Of a stretch of DNA of 64,000 nt, positions 26,624-40,751 are shown piece by piece. A program made the position numbers and the translations under genes. The notes beneath the pieces were generated by a model. It was not told where the DNA came from. It worked only from the letters and a program-made list of their open reading frames with translations, and did no database searches. Location: assembly GCF_009914755.1 (NCBI RefSeq), contig NC_060937.1, one strand, 5' to 3'. The stretch is from the human T2T-CHM13v2.0 reference genome, Homo sapiens. Position 1 is the first letter of the stretch, and every line of letters begins with the position of its first letter.

Positions 26624-28196
26624 GCCCAGGGTTGGGTGGGGGGCAGATGCAGGGACACAGCTGTCCAGCTCAGCTGAGAGCACAGGAGCCTCCGGGGCAT
26701 CAGCGACTGGCCGGGGTGAGGGATGCCACCAGGTGCAGAGGTGGAGGCTCAGGGCGTGCTGGGGAGGAAGAGAGGCTTGTGGAAAAGTCCAGAGGTAGGA
26801 GATGGGAAGGAAGCCTGGAATCTCTGGAACAGGACATTCCCAAGCAGGAAGGAAGCCAGTGGGGCTGGAGATGAAGGGGAGGCTTTCCACCGGGCAGCAG
26901 CGGGGAGAAAACGCAGCCCGGAACGCCCAAGGTGGGGAGCCCTGGGTACCTGTGTGGCCGCGATGTGAGGCCCCCTTTGGGGAGAGGTGGGAGCGTCCCC
27001 TGTGCCATACACTGTTGTGAGCTTGTCTCAGTTGTGCCGGCGTGGACATAGGGCCGTGACGGTAGTGACTTCCTAGACACCAGTGTGGCCAAAGGCAGCC
27101 TGGACCGGGCATTGCAGCAGGGCAGAGGCACAGACATCCTGAGGGGAAGCAGGACTGGGGCCGGGGCTCAGCTGACAGCTGGGGAGAGAGGGAGGTGGAC
27201 CCCAGGCCGCCGTGGGGCTGGGGCTGATGAGGGGGACACAGTGGGGCCAGGCTGGTGGCCGGGGTAGGAGGGGCCGTGGGGAGCACTGGGAGTGGGCATG
27301 GAGGGGGCAGCTCTGAGACCCAGACCCAGGAGGAGGGGCCGTGGCTAGAAGACTGGGTGGCCAGAGAAGGCAGCCCTCAAGCGCAAGAGAACCCCGGGTC
27401 GTGGCAAGAGAAAAAAGGCCAGTGTTTACATTTGTGTTTCTGGGTCAGGTAGAGACAGTGGTTTGTGAACGGCAGAAAGGTCATGGGCCTGCTCCGTGCA
27501 CCTAACCCTGGGGTCTGGGTCCTTCCGATCAAGAGGAGGCCTCTGGGCTGCCGGGCTTCCTCCGAGGGCTGACATGCATCACTGGGCAGCTCCAGGCTGT
27601 GGCTGGAGAGCTGAGCCCAAGCTCAGGTCCAGCCCCAGCACCGCCGGCCCCTCTGCGTCACTCGGCAGCACAGCAGGACTGAGCAGCCCAGTCCGAGAGT
27701 CCTGAGAGCAGAGAGAAGAAATATGTGGAGACAACGTTTCCCATTGTTTTTAAAAATGTGTGAGCCAAATAAAGGAAGGAAAGGAACATTGACCACAGGC
27801 GTCCTGTGAGCGTGGCACTCCTGGGCACTCCTGGGCACTGTGGGGCTGTGGGCTCTGGGATCATCTGCACCTCAGCTGGAATATTTCCTGAAGGAGTGCC
27901 AGACCGAGTGCCGCCTCTGTGTGTTTTGCTGTGTCCTCTGCAGTTGAGGCCTGTTGCAGGGAGTGGAGCTGGGATCCCACCACATCAGACAGGTCATCCC
28001 AGGGCAGGCTTTTCCCCGGTTCGCTCAGGAAAGGGGCGGCTTTTTAGCATTTGCTGTTGCTTTCACACGTGCACTTGGGAGGATTTAGGATTTTAATTCC
28101 TGTATTGAAGCAAGTGACACACTGAAGTTGTGAGAAATAGTGTGCGCTGGGGGAGGCTGTCCTGCGGTCGTAACGTGTCTGTCCTGTTCCCAACAG

Positions 28197-28276
28197 GGCT
28201 CCACGTGTTCCCCACGTTTGTGGCGTACGAGCTCACGGTGCTGGTGTTCCTCACCTTGTCAGTGGTGGTGATGAAG
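28197..28276 (+). CDS. TMCO3: TMCO3 coding exon ([26 protein letters not shown])
   Basis: Acceptor gtcctgttcccaacag and donor AAG|gtatgg; 80 nt; phase 1 in, phase 0 out. Confidence 0.95.
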
Positions 28277-29199
28277 GTATGGACTGGAAGGGTCCACGCC
28301 CCTCGCAGTTTGCAGGCTCAGCATAGCCCTCCCTGTGGCCCTGGTTTCCAGTGGGGCCCACATCGGGCCTGCAGAGCCGGCCCTGCTCCTCATCTCGGAG
28401 GAGGCCCACTGGGCCACTGGACCCCGGGGGAGGCAGATGTAGACGAGGCTGGGCGGTCTGGGTTTGTCCATGTGATCGATTGTTTCAGAATTGAGCGTGT
28501 TTAAAGGGGGGAACTAACCTTTTGGGACCCTCAGGACGGGCCTTGGCTGCAGTCCAGCCCGTCCTCCTCTGACAGATGCAGACATGCTTTTTAAAGACTG
28601 GAAAATGGTGTAGGCACTTTCTGTCTGTCCCCCGTGACTGCCAGTGATCGAGCTGCCTGTGTCCACATTTAATTGAAGGTGTGATGACCTAGTCAGCAAC
28701 CAGTGGCTTTCTGGCTCATAGACAGTGACTTAGGTCATTTCCGTTTTAAGGAGCCAGAAGCTGTGATGATCGTTGGACCACTCCACCAGCTCTTAGCTAC
28801 TCGGCCCAAAGACACACCACCAGCTCTTAGCTGCTCGGCCCAGAGACACACATCTCTCTGTATTAAAAAGAAATTTCCACCTTGAGTACCCCACGCTTAA
28901 TGCTATTAATCTAGTTTGGTTGGGGCGGGGGCGGGGGGGCTTGGGCAAGGCTTATTATTTTCTGCTAATGAACCGAAAGGCTTAATTTTGCCTTATTGTT
29001 CAGTGTGGATTATTTAAGAGGTTTTGCGTGTATTTGGTGCCTTCGGGTGTTTGGAGTGCTTCTGTGCCTTTCCCTACTTGACGTGTTATTCAGGGACCAT
29101 CGCAGCGTGCCTGTGGCTCGTCTGGGTTCTCTGTTTCGTGTGTGTTTAACTCTGTGTGGGTCCAGTCTTCAGCAGTGACGTAATGAACCGCTCTTGCAG

Positions 29200-29349
29200 T
29201 TTCTCCTGGCGGCGCTGGTCCTGTCTCTCATTCTGCCGAGGAGCAGCCAGTACATCAAGTGGATCGTCTCTGCGGGGCTTGCCCAGGTCAGCGAGTTTTC
29301 CTTTGTCCTGGGGAGCCGGGCGCGAAGAGCGGGCGTCATCTCTCGGGAG
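29200..29349 (+). CDS. TMCO3: TMCO3 coding exon ([50 protein letters not shown])
   Basis: Acceptor ccgctcttgcag and donor GAG|gtgagt; 150 nt. [11 protein letters not shown] corresponds to the CPA2 LAQxGEFxFV motif. Confidence 0.96.
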
Positions 29350-30321
29350 GTGAGTGGCTTCCCCCCGCGGAGCGCTTCTCGGGCGGCACGGGCTGCACTC
29401 TGGGTTTGAGTCGGGTGTGGCGAAGGCGGCTCGGCAGCACAGCGGGGCCTGGGGGCAGGGTCCTCCTCCAGGGGGGCACGCAGAGGCCTGGCTGCTCTCT
29501 GCTCATCCAGCATGTGGCGTTTTCAGAGGAAAGTTGCAGTTAGTACTGCTTGAACTATTGCATTAACCTTTTACAACAAGTCTAATTAAATGTCAGATAT
29601 TTCTTCTGAAAGAAAACTAACTTTTTAAAGCTGAACTGCCAGTGTGCACATAAGTAGCACCCCAGAAACGTGAAATACCCGTAATGGCAGTGTGCCCGGA
29701 GAGCTGGGTGGAGGTTCCTGTGGACACTGAGATGGCCCTGGGCATTCGGACTCACGGCCTTGTCTCCTTGCATTGTGTAAGTGTGAGGCGGGTAGAAGTC
29801 CAGGTGTTGAGTGCAGTGGAAGTAATTGCTGAAAGGTAGAATTGCTTACAGGAAGCTCCACCTGAGGCCTGACCCAAGGCCGCATCCCCAGGGTCAGGGA
29901 AGCTGTGGGGCAGGCTGGCTTGTTACTGTGGCCCGGGGTTGGCCTTCAGGCAAACACAGGCTAAAGCTGTTATCCTGTGGCCCATCAGGACTAACCATGC
30001 ATCACTGATCTTGAAATCACAGTCTCTCCTACATCCCAATGTCCTCAGCTTCTGGCTGTACTTCCATGTGCTTTAAAGAGATAGTAGTGAATTTATGATG
30101 TGCAGGCGTCCCTCCCAGCACTCGGCATGACCGCGCTTAGCTTCCATCCCCCACCCCCCCGTGCAGGCATCCCTCCCAGCACTCAGCGTGACTGTGCTCA
30201 GCCTCAGGACTCTAGCTTTGCAGGCGTCCCTCCCAGCTCAGTGAGACCAGCCCTGTGCTTTCCTGTTGCAGGTGCTAGTCCTGACAGTCTCTGTGACCCG
30301 CTCTGCACTTTGCTGTTGCAG

Positions 30322-30435
30322 GTGTACCTCCTTATACTGAGTGTGACCACGCTCAGCCTCTTGCTCGCCCCGGTGCTGTGGAGAGCTGCAATCACGAGGT
30401 GTGTGCCCAGACCGGAGAGACGGTCCAGCCTCTGA
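30322..30435 (+). CDS. TMCO3: TMCO3 terminal coding exon ([37 protein letters not shown])
   Basis: Acceptor ctttgctgttgcag ends at 30321; in frame with the previous exon; TGA at 30433-30435. Confidence 0.95.
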   Translation: MYLLILSVTTLSLLLAPVLWRAAITRCVPRPERRSSL

Positions 30436-31130
30436 TGGCTCGGAGATGATGGACCGTGGAAGGGAAGCGTCTGTGGGGAGTGAGCGCTTAGATGGCCAGC
30501 AGCTGCTCCTTCTGGGAAGCTCGCACCTTGGCAACAGAACAGCCCTCTAGCAGAGCGTCAGTGCAGTCGTGTTATCCCGGCTTTTACAGAATATTCTTGT
30601 CCTATTTTAGAATTTTCCGGAGTAGTTTATTTGCAGTCTGTTGATTATGTGCAGTAGACCCGGGACACTGCGTTTTACCGATCACCTTGAATGTGGTGCC
30701 TGGATGTGCCTTTTTTTTTTTTCCCTGAAATTATTATTAATTTTCTATTGTGAGTTCATCAGTTCATAGTTTTTTTAGTAAAGAAGCAAAATTAAAAGGC
30801 TTTTAAAAATGTACAACTTCAGAATTATAATCTGTTAGTCAAATATTTGTTATTAAACATTTCTGTAATATGAAGTTGTAATCCTGGCCGTGAGCTTGGA
30901 AGCTTACTTTTGATTCTTAAAGCCTATGTTTTCTAAAATGAGACAAATACGGATGTCTATTTGCCTTTTATTGTAACTTTTAAATGAAATAATTTCATGT
31001 CAATTTCTATTAGATATATCACTTAAAATATTTGGTTTTAAATCACAAGAATATGTATTCTTTAATAAAGATAATTTATGATCATGGTATAATTAATTGA
31101 AATTTATTAAAATCTGTTTTTATTAATTTT
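30436..31130 (+). other. TMCO3: TMCO3 3' UTR
   Basis: Follows the stop codon, becomes very U/AU-rich and ends at clustered poly(A) signals. End position approximate. Confidence 0.8.
31064..31111 (+). terminator. TMCO3 polyadenylation signals (AATAAA 31064-31069, ATTAAA 31106-31111)
   Basis: Canonical hexamers followed by U/GU-rich sequence (tctgtttttattaattttttgtattg). Further ATTAAA at 30791 and 30852. Confidence 0.75.
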
Positions 31131-31354
31131 TTTGTATTGAGCTTATCTTTATACAAAATTCCAGCCAATTTTTTTTTTTACTAAGATGATTTCTATATTA
31201 ACATGCTATTCTCCAAGACACCAAATTAATGCAGTGTTAATTGATAAGTTCTAACTTTTGATATTTAAATATCTATTTTGGTGATTATGTGCCCCAGTTT
31301 AGAAAACCACACAGGTGAGGATCTGAGCCTCACAAGGACTTCCCTAAGAGGCAT

Positions 31355-31712
31355 TGTGCTCATCTGTTTTGTGCTGCTGTAATAGAATGCCTGAAACTGG
31401 GTCATTTACAAAGAACACAAACTTATCTCTCGAAATTCTGGAGGCTGGGGACAACAAGATGGAGGTGCTGGCAGGTCAGGCCTGCTCTCTGCTTCCGGGA
31501 TGGTGCCTGGAACGCTGGGTCCTCCAGAGGGAGGAAGGCTGGGTGCTAACGTGGTAGAAGAGCAGGAGAGCCAACCACTCCCCAGTCCCCTTTGTGTGGC
31601 AGCATTGATTCACGAGGGCAGATTCCTCCTGACCTAAACACCTCCCTGCAGGCCTCACCTCCCAACGCTTGCAGTGCACATCGAGGGGACAGAAGCATTT
31701 GAACCGTAGCAG
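31355..31712 (-). mobile_element. MaLR LTR (MST/MLT1A-like)
   Basis: tctgttttgtgctgctgtaatagaatgcctgaaactgggtcattta ... ttctggaggctggg ... cattgattcacgagggcaga ... aaccgtagca. Confidence 0.75.
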
Positions 31713-33961
31713 GTACCGTATTAGGCTTTTTCAACTGCATGAATTTTTTTAATTGACAGATAAAAGTCAACATATTTATTGTGTACAACATAGCAAGTAC
31801 TTTAAGCCAGGGTTTTCGTATACCTGTCAGCTTTAAGAGCCTAACAATTTGACCAAAATACTTGAGATAGAGAAGGTAAAAATGGCAGGTGTAATTATGT
31901 ATTGCACACATAAATTATCGATTGCAGTAGTATAAATTAAAACATTTTGAAGTAAGTTGTATCTAGTCTGAAGCAGATTAATGGAGAAATGATACCAACA
32001 TGTTTATGTTTAGAAAATATCTTTGGTTTTTCATTTCTAAATGAGCCCAAATGGTCTAGTGCCGTTTTCTCCTCCACTCGTGATGATATATGAGATGTTG
32101 CCAGGTGCATGTGAAGCGTTCTGGGTGTGGCCTGTCTGCCTGAGGCTGACTGGCCTATCACTGTGTCCCTGTGCTGCTTTGCCACGCCTGTGACACTCCA
32201 TCTTCCCTGTGCACGCGCCTTCTCCCCATCCAGGCATTCAGGATACAGTGGAGTCTCTGCAACAGGGTGACTTTTTTTTTGTCTCCAACACCTGTGACCA
32301 TCTTTTTAATTTTGTTAAACTGAAGGAAACCGACTTGATGAGAGTAACATCAAACTCCCCCCAAAACACGAAATTAGCCTCTCTCTGCAAGATGAAATAA
32401 GAAGTGCCCTGAATGACGAGAGAAAGCATGCTAGGGTCTCTGCCTAACTGATCACTCAGGTAAGATCCTAACTGCCCAGGAACGGTGTCCTCAAAGCCCC
32501 AGCTGGGCCCACCTGCCCCACTCCAGCCACAGGACCTGGCTCTGTGAACCCGTCACTCCCGTTTTCACCCCCACCTCTCTGCTAGTGACTTCCTCATCTG
32601 TGACCTGCCCGTTTGTCCCATGCTGACCCAGCAGAACCCTTTCTTGACCTCATGACTCCTCTTTCATCCAGACCTTCCAGAAAGCTTCACCCTCCCCATC
32701 CCATCCCCATCATGTCTGCCCCTGTCATCCAGATGGGGGTCTCCGAGCCACCGAGCCCCTGGTAGCCACATTGCCCCCACCCTGCTCTCAGCATTTCCCC
32801 AGTGTGTAGCATGTCACTAGAAAGAAGTGGGAGGACGGACTCATGGTGAGTCTTGTGGGGACATGTTTGCTGGAGGCTAACCAGCCTGATCATGACATCT
32901 TCATCTTAAATTTGAAAATTGTCATCAGGTTACGGTGAAATCCTACCGGATCAACATCTGAGACCAGGCTTATGGAAGTGAGCTTCCAACCTGAATGCTT
33001 GAGGCTGAGGGGGTGTTGGCGGCCTCGATAACAACCTGAACAACAGCTGGCAGCAGGGAGTGCCTGGGCCATGTGTCCCCAGAGCACTGACCTGGGTGGT
33101 CCAGTCTCCTGTCTCGAGCTCCAGCCATGAGCTTACACGGCCTTCACACTCCCCCCAAAACCAGCCATTCTCAACCAGCGAGGCCTCTGTGTCTGCAAGG
33201 CCAGTTTTATTTCTTCTTTGATATTTCTGCTTCTGTGTCCTTTCCCCGCTGCCCAAAAGCTGCCTCCCGTCTGCCCATGCAGAGCTGTATTACCCAACAA
33301 CACCCAGCTCGACTCGGACAGCACCCAGCTCAACTCGGACAGGCCCCGGGAAAGTAAGAGCTTGGGGGGAGACCCACAGGCCCACACGGCAGCACTGCGA
33401 GGCTAGACCGTAAACATGGGTCAATTGAATATTTATAAACAGGATACTTAAAGGTTCTTGGGATATTGAACAATGAAAGAAATTGTACTATTTGAAAATT
33501 CTATTTCACATGAAAATGTAAAATTTCAGCATATCAGAAAGCATCGTGAACAAATTTGAAAGCCAAGCAAAACTGGGAAAAATATTTGGATAAAAAAATC
33601 CTAACACTGGTACATAATACATAATAGGCAGTTCATATGTATTTTTTGTATGAATGAAACTTACAATACTTTTATTAATGTCATGGGAACTTATAAAAAC
33701 TGCATGGAGATATTTTAAAGAAAAAATTTTGAAACCCATTTTGGTTTTCTTTATAATTCCTTCAGTTCAGCCCATTCCTGTAACCACGTGCTCATCCCCA
33801 CAGGACTAGGCAGTGCCCACCCTTGGTGCCCTGCAGTGCACCGCAAGGACATGGCCGTGGCCTGGAGCCGCGTCCCTGAGTTCCTGGTGGGCCGCGTGAG
33901 TCTCCCTGTTCCTCCCTGCTGCCTTCTCCTCTCCTGGCTTCCCCACCCCATACTTCCCTGA

Positions 33962-34300
33962 TGATATGGTTTGGCTGTGTCCCCACCCAAATCTCATTTT
34001 GAATTGTAATCGTCATGGGTTGACCGAGGGAGGTGATTGGATCATGGGGGCAGATGTCCCCCAGGCTGTTCTCATGATAGTGAGTTCTCACAAGGTCTGA
34101 CGGTTTTAAAAGTGGCAGTTTGTTCTCGCGCTCTCGCTTCTCCATCCTGCTGCCTTGTGAATAAGGATGTGTCTGCTTCCCCTTCTGCCGTGATTGTGTT
34201 TCCTGAGGTCTCCCCAGCCATGGAGAACTGCAAGTCAATTAAACCTGTTTCCTTTATAAATTACCCAGTCTTGGGGAAGGCGTGAGAACAGACAAACATG
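33962..34300 (+). mobile_element. THE1 (THE1C/D-like) solo LTR
   Basis: Starts tgatatggtttggctgtgtccccacccaaatctcat; contains ctccccagccatggagaactg and attaaacctgtttcctttataaattacccagtct. Confidence 0.88.
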
Positions 34301-35474
34301 CCTGAGTCCCCGAGTCTGTGATGCTCCTCATTCTTCAGCACGGCCTGTGCCCGGGACGGGGCGCTCCTCCAGTGCAGAGCTCACACCATGACTGTGGTGT
34401 CCTTCAAATAACACTGCTGCTGCCAGCTTCCCAGGGACTCTTCTCCTGTGTGATTCCAGTGCCTTGCCTATGTCCCTGCTAATCTTCTGGAGTTTAGGGG
34501 TCCGTGCGAAGCCCACCCCACCTGAGTCCTTTCATCCTGGGTGCCTTCACCTCCGTCCAGGACTCCGGGGTTGCAGCCACACATGCTCATGTCACCGTGA
34601 GGCCCAGCCCTCCAGGGCCTGAGATGTACAGATGCTATCCCCCTGGGCACCCAGTGTTTCCCCTTCCTCCCTGTCTGCCTTTTGCTCAATCTCTCAGCGC
34701 CCTCAGGAAGCCCTTTCACAGCTCAGCAGGGAAACCTCTGGGCTCCTCCCCCTCCAGCAAGTCACCTGGAAGCTCTCAGGCTGGCCATGGAAAGCTGAAC
34801 CCACTGCCAGGGGACTGGACAGAGAGGCTGGTCTCATTTTCCAATCCCTTCCAGAAGGAAGGAGGATGCTTCTCCTGAGAGCAGCGACAGGTTTGTGTCC
34901 TGTGACCTCTGCCTTCCCTCGCCCGGGGGAGGGTGATGGGGCGTCTTTTTGGCTTTGGTTTAAGTAGCAAAAGAGATGGAGTGTTCAAAGGATTGAGGGG
35001 TCGGCCGAGGGTGGGGCTTCTCAGTGAGGGGCGGGTCCTCTGGGCGTCATGAGGGCCTGGGGAGAGGACCCTGACCCACTGCCAGGGAGCTGTGCCAGAG
35101 GTTCCCATGGGACATGGAAGGGGAACCGACATCCGTTTCTGCACTGGGGTGTGGACACCTGGCCCCACACCACCTAGGTTCCCCCACAGGGGCCTGAAGA
35201 CTGGAGGTTCTCTCCAGAATGTTCTGGTTTGATTCTGAGAGCAGGAGAGACACCCATAAAAATGATTGGGGTTAAATTTCTGGCCAGGTAGATGGGAACT
35301 CACAGCCAAAATTTAATTAAGGAGAATAAACAATTGTGCCACGCCATGCATCCAAGTCCGGCAGGGCAAATCCACACCCGCTACTCACTGAGCTTCCCCT
35401 GGGCCGGAATGCTCCCCCTACATTTGCAAGAACAAAGCCTCCTTCCTGTAGAAAAGAAAACAAAAGTAAAATAA

Positions 35475-35875
<401 letters not shown>

Positions 35876-36328
35876 TGATGAAATCGGGCCACCTGTGATT
35901 TTTACCAGTTGAGCATGAAGAAGCGAACCCCTGAGCATGAGCTGGGCAAAAGTGAGTGGTGAAAACATGGTGAAGAGCTAGGGCTTTTCAGGAAAGAAGA
36001 GGAGACTCACTGGGCTCCCTAAAGTCATCAAGAATTTGGGCATCAGATTATCAGAAGTTAAAATTTATTTTCACCTATAATCCAGGGGGTTGGGACAGAG
36101 AGGTGTGGCTTCCTCCCAGAACTGTGACTTTACCTCATGAACTTCCACAAGGCAAGGGGCTGCAGGACTGTCCTCTAGACGCTCCGGGTGAGCCAAGACA
36201 GGAGACCTGACATCAGCTCACCTTGGGGAATGACACCCCCGGAGACAACCCACCCTTTCACAGAACTTCCAGTGAGCATTTTAGCATCTTAACTCTTCCA
36301 TGTGAATGAACAAGGCTTGCTGCTCCCC

Positions 36329-37083
36329 AGGCTCATGCCTCTGAAGTCCCAGTGCTTTTGGAGGCTCAGGCAGATGTATCGCTTGAGCCCAGGAGTTTGA
36401 GACCAGGCTGGGCAACATGATGAGACCTTGTTTCTATGAAAAACACAAAAATTAGGTGGGTGTGGTGGTGCTCAGGTAGTCTCAGCTACTCAGGAGGTGG
36501 GAGGATGGCCTGAGCCCGGAAAATCGAGGCTACAGTGAGCCATCATCATGCCACCGCACTCCAACCTGAGCAACAGAGTGAGACCTGTCTCAAAAAAGAA
36601 TGTATATATATATATATATATATATATATGGATATGAGTGAACAACCTCCACCTAGGGCTTTCCTAAAGGTAAGACCAAAGCAGAAGAATGAAAACAGAG
36701 AATTCAGGAAGCAGAAAAAAATGTCATGGAAAATGTTTTAAAAACCTATCATTAGGCCAGGCGCAGTGACTCACGCCTAGCACATTGGGAGGCTGAGGTG
36801 GGCGGATTGCCTGAGCTCAGGAGTTCAAGACCAGCCTGGGCCACATGGTGAAACCCTGTCTCTACTAAAACTACAAAAAAAAAAAAAAAAAGCCAGGTGT
36901 GTGGCCCGGCATAGTGGCACCCAACTGTAGTCCCAGCTACTCGGGAGGCTGAGGCATGAGAATCGCTTGAACCTGGGAGACAGAGGTTGCAGTGAGCGAG
37001 ATCACACCACTGCACTCCAGCCTGGGCGACAAAGCGAGAGTCTGTCTCCAAGAAAAAAGAACAATAAATAAATAAAATAAAAA
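36329..37083 (+). mobile_element. Two sense Alus (AluJ-like about 36329-36597 followed by (TA)n; AluS about 36755-37083)
   Basis: Alu consensus with A-rich tails. Confidence 0.88.
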
Positions 37084-37896
37084 CTTACCATTAATACACT
37101 GTCAGGGATAGTACATCCATAAAATAAGAACAGAATATCATGAAAAATGATCAAGAAAAAAATCTCTTTGAAATGAAAAAAAAAAAATTACCAAGATAAA
37201 AACGCTCAGGGGAGATGGAAGAGACGGTGGAACCTAGGAGCTTGGCGAATGCTCCTGAGACCTGGGTTCTTTCCCAGGTGGCTTCTGGCAGCTCTGTCCC
37301 TGGTGTCTTTGGTTCTCTTTTTCTGGACCCTCTTTTGGCTGGATGATGGACTGCCTGGTTTGATCCTCTAATTTGCTTACATTTTCCCTGCCATTTTCCA
37401 TTTCTTTGTCTCAGTCATATGGGCACCACAGATACCCACACAGTAAATGAAAAAAGTCCCCTACAAATCACATCATCACAAAATTTCAGAACACTGAATA
37501 AAGTTCTAAATAGCTTTCAGAAAGAAACTAAATCAGCTCTCAGGCAAAGGGACAGAGATAAAAAGGCCTTGGGCTTCTCAACAACACGAAAGCAGTAGAG
37601 TGAAGCTGTTGAGATTCCCAAGGAAAATGAATTCCACCTAGGATCCAATACCTGGAGAATGAGCCGTGAAGAGCATAATAAAGATGTCTTCAGAGTCATG
37701 AGCCCCTCCTCTGGAAGCTGCTGTAGAAAATGTTTCAAAACCAAGAAAGATGGCTTGGGGTCCAGCACACAGAGCACCACCCTGAGGGGATTCCAAGCAG
37801 AGTTCTGGGACAAGAGCTGCCCACCTGGGGAGAGAGCAGCTGGTCAGCTTGGAGGAAGGGAGCTCTCCAGGAAACAAACCACTGGTCCTCTACCTA

Positions 37897-38400
37897 CACA
37901 GGTGTGTGTGTGTGCAGGTGTGTGTGCACAGGTATGTGTAGGTGTGTGGGTGTACAGGTGTGTGTACAGGTGTGTGTGTACAGTTGTGCATGGGTGGACG
38001 TGCGTGCACAGGTGAGTATGTGCAGATGTGTGTAGGTGTGCGTGTACAGGTGGGCATGCTAGCACAGGTGTATGGGATGTGTGTGTGCACATGTGTGTAG
38101 GGGTGTATGTGTAAGTGCACATGCACAGGTGTTTGCATGTGTGCGTGTGTGCAGGTGTGTGTGCACAGGTGTGTCCAGGTATGTGTGTGTGCAAGTGTAA
38201 TGTCCCTCATGTGGGTGGGGTTGTGTGCGTGGGTGTGTGTGCACAGGTGTGTGTAGATGTGGGGGGTGTGTAGGTGTGTGTGCATGTATGTAGGTGTGTG
38301 TCCAGGGGTAATGTCCCCGTGTGTGGGTGTGGATGTGTAGATGTGTATGTAGGTGTGTGTGCAGTTGTTTGTAGGTATGTGTGTGCACAAGCATGTACAC
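37897..38400. repeat. TG-rich low-complexity tract (caggtgtgtgt)
   Basis: Degenerate (TG)n with recurrent acaggtg. Confidence 0.85.
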
Positions 38401-38656
38401 ATTTGCATTTACTTGGAGAGGGGCCATAGCTTTCATCAGATTTACTACAGGACCAGAAAGCTCAAGAACAAGTCTCATGAAAGGTTCTCCAACAGCTTTT
38501 TGAGGCATTATTCCCAGCCCAGCCGTAACCTTTGTGTAAGGGAATGACGGGGCCCACGTTTCCGCCGGGGTATTAGAAGCAAAGCCCTAGTCAGGCATTT
38601 GCCTGTGAACTTAAAGTGACCACACCCTGTTCCCCTATATATTTATAGTACTAGTT

Positions 38657-38661
<5 letters not shown>

Positions 38662-38712
<51 letters not shown>

Positions 38713-38773
38713 TCTCCCTCTCTCCCTCTCTCCCTCTCTCCCTCTCTCCCTCTCTCCCTCTCTCCCTCTCTCC

Positions 38774-38841
<68 letters not shown>
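38662..38841. repeat. (CT)n/(CTCTCTCC)n homopyrimidine tract, about 180 bp
   Basis: Pure C/T run. Confidence 0.97.
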
Positions 38842-40428
38842 GCCTGGTGGGACCCAGGGATGGAAGACAGCCCTCCTGACTCATCGACCCCTCCCTACGC
38901 AGGATCTGTGAGTGAGTCTTTGTAGGTGTATGTATTCAGATGCACACGTATAGGTGTGTGTGTGCAGGTGTGTGTGCAGCTGTACATGTGTGGGGGCCGG
39001 GTTGAATTTCCATCTTCCGCTAGAAGAACTAGGGGTTGCCCAGGCTGTTTCCCTGGTTCCCAGTGGGCGGGGGAAACATAAGAGTGGGCTCCAGCCCTAG
39101 GGCAATGGTCAGGCTGGCAAATCCTGGACACGGGTCAGACACGAGCCTCAGGGCATCTGCCACTGCAAGCAAGTTTCCCATGTGAGTGACCCCAGGCACA
39201 CAATGGACAACCAGGCATTAGGCCATCCATCAGGTAAGAGAAGCATCCCATAGAAGGCGCATGGTAAACATCACATCTGGCCCGTGCATTTCCCCAGAGG
39301 GCAGGGTTGCCACCCACTCTGGTACTGGAACCCCAGTTTAGCAGGGGGCTCCCAAAACAACTTGGCATAAAGAACAATCTGAAAGCACGCAGCCTCAGGG
39401 AGAGCAGGCCCTCACCCACTTCTTAGTCCTGCAGTGTGTGAAACAGTGACAGAGCATTCTGAAGAGATCCCTTAGGCCACGTGTTGTTCCCATGGTGTGA
39501 ACACATTTAGGAGGACTTGGTGCTACGTGGCACAGCCTGCATCAGCTAGCAGAGAGGCTCTCAGATTGGAGAGGACAGAAGAATCATCACGAGAGGGCTT
39601 CTCAAAACACAGTTGATGGGCAAACCCAGAGGTCTGGGTTGGGCCTGAGAATGTGCATTTCCGACAAATATTCAGGCATTGCTGTTGCTGCTGGCCTGGG
39701 ACCCTGTCATGAGGAGCACGGATCTGCACAGTTGTCCCTCATTACATGTTTGCTGATTGACTGAATGAGTGAATCCAGGCAGTGAGAATAATGGCACTCA
39801 GAGGAGGGGCCCAAGGAACAGAGTTGGGAGTGGTTGCTGTGCTGTGATCCCTTGAAGGTTGGTTTAGAGGCTTGTTTCTCAAACAGCACCCTCTCAGTGG
39901 AGAGGAAATTCAATTTGGAAGATGATGACTGCCATTAGAAAGGGAAGTGGAACAGAGTAGAGGGTGAGGGTGCACCATCTCATGAAGCTTTGGTTCCATT
40001 TTACACCTACTTCTCACTCGTGTGTGTTTGTGTGTGCTGATGAGGCAAAAAGTAGCTTCTCACTGAGGCAGTCAAGAAAGTCTGAAGCCACCAGGTGTAA
40101 TGTCACTGAGGAAAGAAGGCCCAAATGGCAGGGGCAGGAAACAGGCCGCCCGGCGTGGTCAGTGACCAGAGGGCTGCGAAATGAAGTCCTGAGAACCCAG
40201 GGCTGGGGATGGGGCTGTGGCTCTCTTTCCGTGGGTGTGTAACTGGAATCTTTCCTTTCACAATCTAACTAGATTATTCCATGATCTATGAATAAGATGA
40301 AGTGTGGCCCAGAGAAACAGACCCAAGAACTAGAGGCAAGGGGAGTACGAGGGGCTGTGAGGAAATAATTGAAAAGGGATACATGTAGCTGTTGTCTATG
40401 TGAAGGATTACAAAAAAAGGGTGTCACT

Positions 40429-40751
<323 letters not shown>

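Noticed and set aside
26495-27286. 263-aa minus-strand ORF and neighbouring ORFs
   Set aside because: GC-rich intronic sequence with ORFs in many frames, low-complexity translation and no family motifs.
28784-28852. Short tandem duplications (34 bp here; 21 bp near 33300; 13 bp near 14140; (cagcca)4 near 25058)
   Set aside because: Ordinary slippage products with no further signal.
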